Assembly (NCBI GenBank): GCA_018398765.1
Contig: JAHBMJ010000448.1
Coordinates: 1-47,186, forward strand
Direction: 5' to 3'
DNA from: Chromera velia
Lineage: Eukaryota
Length of the DNA: 47,186 bases
The position numbers and the translations under genes are program-made. The notes below the pieces were generated by a model, which saw only the letters and a program-made list of their open reading frames with translations, made no database searches and was not told the DNA's origin. Below, piece by piece: positions 12,855 to 24,300 of the stretch (position 1 is the first letter of the stretch; each line of letters opens with the position of its first letter).

Positions 12855-15800
12855 GTTTGATGGCGCTCAACAGAAACTTCTCGCAGTTCGATCTAGAGTT
12901 CGATGGATCGCTCTAGCTTTAACATTCCTTTTATAGTTGAATATGAATGAAACGTGTTTGTATGTTCGTATCTCTATCTGTACCAGAGGAAACGACTTTG
13001 AAGGTAGGTTTTTTTTTAAGACTAACCTATATAAGTACCGTGACACTACCTGGGAATTGCTGAAACAATCCTAAGCTTAAAAAAAAAAACTTGAATAAGA
13101 AATATTTAATAATATAGAATTGTCATGAATTAGCATAGCATAGCATAGTAGCATTGATATTCTAGGTTTTACCTGCGGTCTACTGCTGGAGGTCGGCTTA
13201 CACCGTTTGGGATTTGCTCAACCTAGAAAGGAAGCATCAGACTAATCTTGAGACCAATCCTCCTAGCCCACCGGGCAGGACTGCCGCAGTCATCATATAT
13301 CGTTGCTGAAACACTGACTGAAAAGCTCACTACAAAGGACTTTTATCAATCGATAACAAGCAGATTCGATAATCTCCCCCGTCCTTACATTTTTTCTTTA
13401 CTGGTCATTTGGTGCAGCAACGCAGCATAATGGTAGTGCTCCACCATGAAGCCATTCCTTCCCACAAAAGAGTTTTTATATATATTAGCAATATTTTGCT
13501 ATATGAAATGCCCACTAAAGTGCCTCTATCATCCCTACACCACATGTGCAGTGCCCTATCATCCCTGCATTGTGTTAGAAATATTATAGAAATTTCATAG
13601 AAATTGAATTCAAAAAAGATCATAGACTCTATGAATCTAACTTTAAAAGAATCATAGATGATCACCCAATAAAACACCATTCATGCATTCATCAGATGCA
13701 GAAAGTTTCACACAATATTATACAAAGTGGAATATAGTAGAATTATTGATAATTATTACATTTAGATTTGAACGTCCAGCGGTTTCGCTATAATTCTTCT
13801 CTGAAAAGTTCTCTGAACAACTTTTGCAATCTAGTTTGCAATCTTGCGATCTTTTATAGCATGCGGGCCCATGGTTTCGGGTATGCATCCCGTGAGCGTA
13901 TGGCTGGGCCAGGTGTGGGACTTGCCGGCCCTGGTTCACAGCTTCGCATGGGCCCACCATTCCCATTACACGCGAAGGATTCAAGTATCCAAGTACATAT
14001 CCTCTGTATGTGCACTATTATATTTTGGTCAGACCTCCAACCTTTCACTATGAGTTTTATACAAAAAGCCACTTCCTCTTGTGGATGTTAATCAGTACAT
14101 CCCTACTTTATAAGGGACCATATATACTCTAAAATGACTTGATCGTGCATTCACATTTAATTTTTTTTTATGAAGTCCCGAAAGGCCAGCTTGCATATAA
14201 AAGTGACGGCAAGTCACACGTATGCACACGCCATGGAGCACTTCAGGACAGCTGTGATGGCGTGGGTTTCCCACTATTCGAACACCAATCGGGGAAAAGC
14301 AAAGAGAATAAAGAAAAGGAGAAAAAGAGAGTGATAAGATAGAAGAAGGTGGGTAGCTTAGCTCCCCCCGGCCACCTTTTAATCCTACAGACCAGCGTTT
14401 AAAGCCGACGTTTTCTCATTATAGTTCAAGACAAACCCCTCTAAATTTGAGCATCACCCCGGTCACTTATAAATAGTGATAGAAGCAAAACAGTCGATCA
14501 TTGGATTGACTTACTAACTTACAAGTTATTATGTTAAATAAGGATTAAATAAAGAATGATAATCGATGAACATTGACATAAAGCTAAGCTTACTAACTTA
14601 CAAGCAGCACCATCATTAAGCTTCAAAATTTGATCTGATTTTACTCAACACCAGTCTGAGACCTTAATAAAACAAGGTTTGCTATATATCTGCTAGGCGT
14701 TTTTGTAAACAAAAGAGACAAATTTACAACAAATTGATAAAAACGAAAAGGCAAGTGTCTAACGCGGCCTAACGGAACCAAAATTTGAGTGTTTTGTCTT
14801 CTGTAAGACAGCATTATGACTTGAAGTTCAAAGTACGTAGTGAAAGTGAGATCCCTCATATTCTTTCCATTTATCATTCTTTATTTTTCTTTAATTTTTA
14901 TACGTACGGCTTTTGCTGAATTTGTTTCTTTTTGTACTTAGTTACGTAGTTTTTAAAGCTTTTGACAATATCCGAAGTGAACTCTCTGTGACCGTTGACT
15001 CCTCATGGTTTGCATGGCTTTGTTTGACAGCATCAGTCTGAAGAAGTACCCTACTGTAACAATTAAAAGATCGAAGTGTACACGTCTGTTTATGTCTTTG
15101 CAAATGCATGCATGGAATCGCATACATATGCGGTTGAATGCGGTTGATAGACTTGGTTAGGCAAAATTTATAATTCAAGTTACAAGCAATGATGCCAAAT
15201 TATGATGGATGAACTTCTTTGCCAAACTTGGCTTACTAACTAAGTCTTACAAGTAGCTTCATCATATGATGATATGATAGAAGACATCTTATCAAGTAAA
15301 AGCTGCTAACTGGTTCATCATGTTTGACCGCAGTGACCAGGGTGATAATTTGAGCCACTGGGGGTCATTTGTCACGTTTTTGCGTGTGCTTTCTCCTTTG
15401 GAGGAGGGCTACTGAGCTTGTCTCTTACCAAACGTTGGAAGCCTCGAAAGCTAGGCCACTAGTCTAGGCAGATGACGATATCAGAGCCCAAGAAAGAGAG
15501 AGAAAGTGGTTGCTATCAAAAGACTCCATCCCTCTAAAACACGCCACGCAAAGCGAATTGTTGGCATAAATGAAGGTCACCTTAGTACTCAGACACTCAC
15601 CCATACCGGCCCTGCAACTCTTGTGAAACATCTGTCTGCGCCTTCCATCATAAGGCCTGCAATTCGATGCACGTGATGGTTACTTACCTCTCTTCCCGTC
15701 TCACCTTTTGAATGTTCCTTTTCTATCTTCCAAGTACATCTCCCGTCCCCCCTCTCCACTGGTCTTCCTGTCTGCCTCTACTGCCTGAGAGTCTCCGTTG

Positions 15801-16635
15801 CAGTCGTCGCACTCCTCCCGCAGAAGAGAAACGACATCAGTGATTGAGAAAACATTTTCTAGATGCAAGGTATTTAGAGTTGTGAGCATGAAGCCCCCTC
15901 CCGTTGTATGATGCAGGTCTGGTAAAGGAGCAATAAAGTATTGTCCTAGACTCATGCATTGCATGATGGCCTATAGACCGATTAATAATAATAATAATGC
16001 CGATTAATAATAATAATAATAATGATGATGATGATGATGATGTTTTCAAATATAATACTTCAATATATCAGACAACTCACAAGGGGTCCGGGACTGTGGA
16101 CTGCCAGTGATACAGTGTGTAGAGTTAGTTAGCTGCAGTTGAAGTATAGCAGCAACGTAGCTTTCAAATTTCACTCTAGATTTCAATTTTAGAAACATGT
16201 CACAGTCATAGATCACTGAACCAGAAGCCTGAAATCATGGTGATAAATCTTAATAAATCTTCTAGTAAATCTCTTATTAGAACTTTTTCAAAAAACACAA
16301 TGATTCTTCATCCATTCTTTCTTTTGTTTTATTCATTTTCCGGCCCAATCTTTGTTATCAGAGAAATTTGTTCGTAGTTGTTCACGGCAACAACAAGAAA
16401 ACGGCTCAAATTGAAACAGGTAGGACATCTATATTAAGATTCCGCCTTCTTGACTGTAGAAAGGAGGGGCGCCATTCCAAAGCACTCATGCCCCTTGACA
16501 GATAAAGATGGAGAAGGAGGCATTGACCACTTTCTTTCCCATGACTTTTTGTTTTGCCTTTCTCTCCATCTTTCCTCCCGAGTTCCCTCGTTTGCTTCCC
16601 TGCAGCGCTGCGCTAGCTCAATGCGCCCGATCAGA

Positions 16636-17036
16636 TCACTTCTCCAACTGCTTCAGGAAGTGCTCCAAGTGCTGTCCTTGGTGCTTGAGGAAGTCAATCT
16701 GCATCGATCAGGCATGTTTGTGCAACTTACCGGACTAAATAAGAATCACACAACGATCAGACACTTCCTTGGTATGCCGTCAGTCCGTCAACCAAAAAAT
16801 GAACAAAGCGACAATCGACCACTATCCCTTTTCCGTTAATTGCGTTTGCACAAAGATTCTTTGCCCTGCAACTGCATGCAACCTCTTTGTAACTAATCTA
16901 TTCATCCATCCATCCATCAATCAATCCAAAAAAGGAAGCGCGGCACGCATTGACGAACTCCTGATGAGAGAGAGCAGACACCGCATGTGCTCGCTCTTCT
17001 TTGCAGCCTCTTTTTCTGTCTCTTTTTCCGTCGGCC

Positions 17037-17081
<45 letters not shown>

Positions 17082-18025
17082 TTTTTTTTTTTTCTCGCTC
17101 GCTCTCTCTGTCTCGGAGATTGACTGACCTCCTCCTGGCGTTTCTTCTTCTCGAAAGTTGCCCTCTCTGCCTCCCGCCTGCAGAAACGACGATGCAGGCT
17201 TGAGTAATTCGATTCAGACGGACATGCAGACTATATCGTCCATTCTCTTCTTTGTCTCTCCCTTTCGTTCAGAAGATAGACAAGCAGGCAGGCAGACACA
17301 GACAGACAGACAGACGGACGGGCGCTTTGAGACGCGCCCTCTTGGTCAACTTTCTGAAAGAAGTCCTTTCATTGTGGAGGAGAGACACGCAAGGAATGAG
17401 TCAAATGCAGACCCGATGCCATGCAGGCGATGTTCCAGCAAACGAACGAAGAGACCTAGCTCGTGTAGCTGAAATGCTTCCCTGCAAACTCCGCCCCTTC
17501 TACTCATCAAGAAATTCGATCAGGGATCAGCATCAGACTGTACCGCTGCATGTTCACATTCCCCCCCCCTTTTACTCACCTCTCGATGGCCTCGCACTTG
17601 TTGCGGAGTTCCACCACTCGGGCCTCCAGGTCTTTCTTTGTTGTCTCGAGTTCCTGGATCTGCATGGAAGTGAAGTGCGGGTAGAACGGAGGAGTGGAAT
17701 GACGATGGGAAGGAGGAGAATTCACTTCCATGTTGTAAGCAGATAGGGAGTACGGAATGAAGCATTGACCGAGGTGTTCTGGCGTTCAGAACGTGCTTCA
17801 GAGGGAGCGGACGGGAAGAGGAGAAGGGGACGCACGACAAAAAGGAGGAGAATTAAAACTATGAATCTTTCGAAGTGGCATGGACGCTTACAGTGTCAAT
17901 GGATCTGTCACATTTTCACATTTTTGTACCCCGAGTTCTCCAAGAACCCTCTTTCTCGTGTTACTGACTTGTTTTTAGGAATCAAACAAGCAGCAAACAT
18001 ACACATCCAGGACCGACAAACTCAG

Positions 18026-18098
<73 letters not shown>

Positions 18099-18119
18099 AA
18101 TAGAAAGAAAGAAAGAAAT

Positions 18120-18150
<31 letters not shown>

Positions 18151-19856
18151 AAAACAGAAAATAAGAAAGAAAAACAGAAAATAAGAAAGAGAGAAAGAAA
18201 GGACTGACATGAGCCTCTGTCTCCGCCTTGCCCTGTTCTGCCTGTAGCTGCTTCCGAGTCCCGAATGTGACAGAGGATTGGTACAGCGTCTGGTAAGCCC
18301 CAATGGTCATTCTGATCTCGTCCCTCACTCTGCAGTTCCAAAAAAGAAGGGAAGAGATACCAAGGGGGAGAAGAACACGTCTTGCTTTCCATGATGATCG
18401 AAGCCTTCTAATCTTCTAGACAGACAAGCAGAACGATGAGATGGACGACGCACTCAGAGATCATCTCGGAGGAAAGAAAATTCAATCATTGTTCTTTTCG
18501 TGAGGGTTTTTTTAACCTTCTCAAGTACAGGAGTTTATATTTCATGGTCTGTCTTTTTATGTCTCTGTCTCTCTGTCACTATCTTTTGGAACTCGTGCAA
18601 TCGCACATTCACTCGAGGCTGACTTGAGCAAGAGAAGACCCCTCTCCGGACAGTCGATGGTCACCTGGCGGATCAGCTCGTCTGCACGTGGGAAGGGGAG
18701 GGACATGTGTGTTGGATGTCTAGGGAAACGGCTTTGATGAGAAGAAAGGCGATGACCGTTCCTCGATACGACAATATTATCTGCATAGTTCCGGCAAATT
18801 GTGGCAGACTTTTCTGTTCTTTCTTTCTTTTTCTTTCTTTCTTTCTTTCTTTCTTTCTTTCGTTCGTTCGTTCGTTCGTTCGTTCATTCGTTCGTTCGTT
18901 CGTTTGTTCGTTCCTTCGTTCGTCCGTCCGTCCGTTTGTTCGTTCGTTCGTCGGTACTTTGACCCTCACTCACTCACTTTCTCCCTCCCTCCCCCCCTTT
19001 CTCTTTCCTACTCGCTGTCCCCCCGCTCGCTCTCTGCGCTTCGCACTCTCTCATTTTCTTCCTCCTGTGCCGCTTTCCCTCCCCCATCTCCATTCCTCGC
19101 CCCCGCCAGTGCACCCACATGCACGTATTGCAGATCTACGCAAAGAACTTCTTTCTCACCATCACGCTTTCGTTTTTCATCACTTCCCACAGGCCCCCAT
19201 GGCCAGCACTCCCCTCCGGCTTCCTGAAGATGCAAGCAACTTCAAACAGCGCACCCTCACCGTCCCAGCATGCCGGTCCCTCCCACATGCACTAGCTGAC
19301 CGAAGGCTTGGGAGTAGAGCTCCTCTCTGACCGGGCAGATCCCCGCCTCTCTCGCCTGCCGTTCCATCAACCTCTGATCGAGGGCTTCCTGCAGTTGGAT
19401 CACGTCGAGTCTCGTGGCGGCCTGGCTGGACACGTACTGGATGTAGTGCCTCCCCCCCTCTGCCCACTCGCGGGGAGGCAGCACTGCGTGGAGAATGTCC
19501 TCCGTCGAGGGTCTGGAGCCCACGTGGGGCGTCTGCACCTTCTTGGACAGCTGTGCCTTCACGGATGTCTGCAGCTTCTTCGGGTCGGATGTCGTCATAC
19601 CCTCAGAGGGCGCGGGCGCAGGGCCCAGCTCCAGAGGGGGGTCATATCGGACCTGTGAGTCATGAAGTCAAACAGGGACAAGGGAGGAAATGCATGCGCG
19701 TGTGAGTAGACGGCACAGGTCTAAGGTAAACCACGTGTCGGCTCTGTAGGGAGGTCGAGTGGCTTCCTGTGATTTGACATACATGTATACAGATCGCGGT
19801 AATACTGCCGTTGGGGAACTGACCAAAGATTCTCGAGGGCGTCCTTCGAGAATCAT
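16636..19856 (-). CDS. DNALI1: Axonemal inner-arm dynein light (intermediate) chain p28, 251 aa, 7 exons
   Basis: Exons 19824-19856, 19301-19652, 18624-18681, 18209-18329, 17580-17659, 17129-17177 and 16636-16698, all GT-AG and phase-consistent (756 nt, ending TGA). The protein carries hallmark p28 sequence: SLVRYDPP...TEDILHAVLPPREW...VSSQAATRLDVIQLQEALDQRLMERQAREAGICPVREELYSQAFDELIRQVTIDCPERGLLLLKVRDEIRMTIGAYQTLYQSSVTFG.RKQLQAEQGK. Confidence 0.96.
18025..18200. repeat. (GAAA)n/(GA)n microsatellite in p28 intron 4
   Basis: Directly visible. Confidence 0.93.
18818..18951. repeat. (TTTC)n grading into (TTCG)n microsatellite in p28 intron 2
   Basis: Directly visible. Confidence 0.92.
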
Positions 19857-20557
19857 CTTCCTTCTGTGGTTTCAAGAGTGTGTCCCTGCTTCTGTCCTGA
19901 CTGAGCAGTAACTTGCTTCTGCACCCTCACTCTGCGTCAAGGGCCGATGTGCTGCGGCACTAGTGTGAGTTTATGCCGGTGAGCCAGAACGTTCTGTCAC
20001 AGCGTGGATGCACGAACGTCAGCTGTATCTGTATATATGTACAGGAGAGGAGTGTTGTTCCGTCAACGAGTTTCCGGACTTCCGTTCACTGAATGACTGA
20101 TGTGTGCCTTGATGGAAGTGCCTCGAATGGAAAGCGCTGTATCAGCTGATCGGACACTCTTTGATGAGGAATTTGCCAGTCTTTCTGCATGTGTCCTACG
20201 TACATAATGCAGAGATGGTGAGAGAAATTGTACATATATACGTACAGTACGTACATCATATATATATATATATATATAGCGCTGTAAATCCGGCCTTTTT
20301 TTGTTTAAGGGCCCCTCTCTGTATTCCATTTTTGAAGACCTCGGCACTCAGGGAGAGGGGCCGGCCCCTGCCTCGGCAAAACGGGCCCCGGCGTCCCTTG
20401 ACAATCGCCTCGGAGGGCAGTTCTGCTGGGAATAGAGGCCCTCAGAACCGACGACCCGTCTTCTGCATGCGCATAAACAAATTATAATTAAGCCCCTAGC
20501 TAGGTCGATCTCGTGAGCGAAAAAGCAGGGTATACAGCAATATGGTGCTATGACACA

Positions 20558-20658
20558 AGGCACTTACCCAATCAGCTGTTGGGTGTATCAGAGAGTTAAA
20601 AAACAAAAAAACTGTATATATATTAACGGGATACACCCAACCAGTTGGGTGAGTGCCT
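20558..20658. mobile_element. MITE-like foldback element, ~100 bp with ~30-bp imperfect terminal inverted repeats
   Basis: Left arm AGGCACTTACCCAA-tcagctg-TTGGGTGTATC; right arm GATACACCCAA-ccag-TTGGGTGAGTGCCT; AT-rich core with GTTAA...TTAAC. No clear target-site duplication. Confidence 0.5.
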
Positions 20659-21357
20659 CGGGGGGCCATTTAGGGGGTCCGCTCATATTTGATTGGTGCA
20701 CACCATCGGGGGCTTAGGCATGTCTTGTGTGCTGCCATGGGGCGGGGGCCACGGCAACACGCGAAGTATATGGGCGGCCATGGGCGGGGGCCCGAAGTAT
20801 ATGCTTTTCGGGACCGCGCGCGTCGTATATGCATGTGCAGCTCCGTGCGAGTTACACTTGAGGGGCACGCATGCGCAAAGTAAATAAAGCATGCGCGATC
20901 ACGGCTCCGTGCGAGTTGCTTGAGGGGCACATTTTGGAACTCGGGCGACACCGACCGTGACGGAGACAGAACCGATCCCCCCCTCAAAAATGAAAAAATG
21001 CGTTATATGCGAGTGCGTGCGATCTCAGGGCCTCTCGGCTGATCTCAGCAGAGCTGAGCTGCCCCCCGAGGCGATATATGTTTTTCAGACATGCAATTGA
21101 CCTTAATTCTGAATGATCTGTCAGATTTCGTATGTATGAGACCTTCTGCACAGACAGGATCCATCCACAAAGCTCTTTCTGCACCAATGCGTCCTCCATG
21201 CAAGAGCTTCCTCCCTTTCAGGTCGTTTGACTCCGCCTGAAAGTCCATTTCAACGCATTCGATGAAAGCTTCCAGACTGCATGCATGCACCAGCCTGCTG
21301 AACACCTTTAGCTTATAGATCGGTGTAATTTCACGGAAGGAGAAAAAAAGGGGCAAG

Positions 21358-24300
21358 ATGGCAGACTTTGTACCCGTCTTTGCCTCCCCGGAGAGAACGT
21401 GGACGCAGAAGCTCCGGTCCTTGGAGGAAAATTCGTCCAAGCCCAGTTCTCCTGCAAAAGCACGAACCGCTCCTGCGGTAAGGAATTCTTTGTCTGATAG
21501 TCAACAGGCCCTCCATCTACAGGAGGAACAGGAGGGAGGAAATCACCTTCGTGGAAGGACGGAGGAAAGTGACCGAGAGGGAGAGGGCCCATCTTTTGTA
21601 GACCAACTCGAGATGCTTCGCTTACAGCATTCCAACGGTGCGTCGTCCTCTGCGTCTTCCCACTCGAACGCAATGAACAGAGCGCAGAGTTCCTGTGGAG
21701 TCAGGCAGCAGAGTGCAGCAAGAAAAAGAGGACGGGGTGAAAATAGCTCAATACAAGCTGCGCGGGCAGCTCTTTCTCGTTTGTTTCCATCTCTTAGCTT
21801 TTCAGGTCAATCAAACAAAGATGACCAGGAGACCGAGCAGCTCCAACCCGTCGACCCCCCCCAAGCGTCATCTGGGGCCGCTGCCACCCGTCCTTTGAGT
21901 TCCTTGGGTGTGTCTCTGGCAGGCCGCCTGCGCCCTTCCCTATTTAACCATTCAAACACCAGAAGTGACGCAACAGGGGGGGAGACCGATTCTGCAGCGC
22001 GGTCTCTACACACCTCCAAAAGTTCTTCAAATTTTACCGTCAACCTCCGAGGGGGCATGGCAATGGAAGCCCCCCACCCGCACGTCACCATCCCCCCCCT
22101 CCCTGTGGCTACCGCTGTGCACGGAGCGCCGGGGCCTGACGAGACAAGTGGCGCAGGAGAAGAGGGGGAGAAAGCCGAGGGGGAAAAGAGGGGTAGCATC
22201 GGAAGTGCGAAGGGAGGAAAGGTGAGCAGATACCTTAGTAATTTGTATGCTGCTTGTGTTTGCTTCCTCAGTTTCTGTCCATTCGATCTTCTTTAGCAGC
22301 AGTCTCTCTGTCAGATTTCCATCCCTCTACGCATCAGGCTGCCCTAAATCTGCCGCTCCACTGCAAAGGAGTTTCAGATCATAACCACTTTGCAGTGTTG
22401 GTTTTTTCGGGTGGATCGATATGGTATTCAGATCAGATTTTCACTGACCAAAACCCTCTGCTGGTACTCTCTGATTTGCTTTTGAGCTATTTTCTCAACG
22501 GCCCCTTGTCTTTCTTTCTTTCTTTCTTATTTATTTATTTTCCCTCAAACCGCAGGCCGAGGACGCAAAGCCCGACGGAGAGCCCAAAACCGCAGAAGGA
22601 GGACCAATCGCCCTGGCCGAAGCAGACGGGGCCAGGCGGCATTCCACTGTGGGACATTTTGGAAACGGAAATCAGCAGGTGGCGTTCGACACCAGTGCCC
22701 CACAGAAGGGGGAGGCAGAGAAACTTCTTCAGGCAGGGCTCCAGAAACGGAGGGAGAAACAAGACGGGGGTGGGGTTGCTGGGGCCCGATATCAATTTGA
22801 CGGCCCTGTGTGTGCGTTCCAAGTTCCTCGACGACCGTGTGATCCCGTCCCCCTCTCTTCTGTCACCATTCCCCCTTCAGCATCTTGTCGCTACGCCTCC
22901 CACCCAGCATACGTGGTGTTCGATGGGAGAGGGTCCACCGCCGTGTCACAATTCCAACCGCAGCAGCAACAACAAGGAATGGTCAGACACGGACAGCCTG
23001 CACAGGCCATGTGCGGCCACGTGCAGATGACTGCGTGTGGCACTACTCACTCCCCCCCTCATGGACGAATCGCGTCGCCTCCCATTCTTGCTGCTCAACC
23101 CACACACGCGCTCTCCTCATGCAGTGCCGTACCCGCTCCCCCCCTCAGCCCCCCCTCTTCGCCCATTCACCCGCGGTCTCAATCTCTCACGCATCTGCAA
23201 CCAGGTGGGATGCAACAGGTGGCCACAGCATGCCAGTCACGCTCCCCTGTTCCTATGTGGCTCGGCACAGCTTCTCCAGCAGTAGCGCCTCCTCAGACCT
23301 TCGTGCCCTCCCCAGGCTCCCCCCCCAACCCCTTTGTACCATGCCAACAGCAGCAGCAACAGCCGATACAACTCTTGCCAGGCCAACCGCAGCAGATGCA
23401 GATGCAGAGACAGGGACAGGCCTACTTCCCCCTCGGCCAACAGCAGAACGAGACCACGGACCCTAACGTGACCCCCTTTCTGCCCATACCGCCTGAGTGC
23501 GCGATTGCTCCCGCAGCAATGGCAGCTGCTCAGATGAGACAGCCCCGATTGGGAGAGGTCAAGAGTCCGGGCAGACAGAACTCGCCACCACAGCAACAGG
23601 CACAGCAGCAAAATCTAATGCAGCAGCAGGGAGGTCAACCGCAGCAACAACAATGGCAGCAGCCTCAGTTGAGCTATGCCGAGATCATTGGAGGAGTTCA
23701 GCCAGGACTACAGCAGCCTCAGCCTCAGGTCATGCCTGCGCCTTCTTTCCCTGCCCACCAGGATCCGATGGCTCAGGGAGGGTGTGTGCCTTGCGATATG
23801 AACCCCACCTGTGGTCCTTCCTGCGCAGTGGGGGGTGACCCTTCCGGGGTCTGCGGCCCCCTCCAACAGTGTGGGGCAGCGGCTTGCACTTCGTGCGATC
23901 CTGCTGCGCTCGTAGGCGATCCCGGTTTTTGTGTTGGCTCCATGGGTCCGGAACTCCCTAGTCTGATGCCTCTGCTGAACAATTCTGTTCCGAGCAACGG
24001 GATGGGACTGGGCCATTCCTGGTCTCTCCCTCTACTGCAACCTTTACTCAAAAATCCATCTCCAATCAGCAAAGCAGTAGAATCCCTCGGACCGATGACG
24101 TCCTCTTTAGCCCAGAAAATCATTGCAGAGGCAGCTGCGTCAGGTCAGACCCCTCCCAGCATGCCGAGCATCGGACAGCTGACAGTTGGGGCTGGAAGCT
24201 CAACGACTCAGGGACAAACGGCATGGCGTGACGTCCCTTCTGTTGTCAGCCGTCCCCCACAGAAATCAATATGGGGTGTGCGGGTTGACACAGGCACAGA

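Noticed and set aside
15600..15840. Two exon-like minus-strand blocks with GT-AG borders downstream of p28
   Set aside because: Too short, with no start or recognisable product; cannot be supported as a gene.
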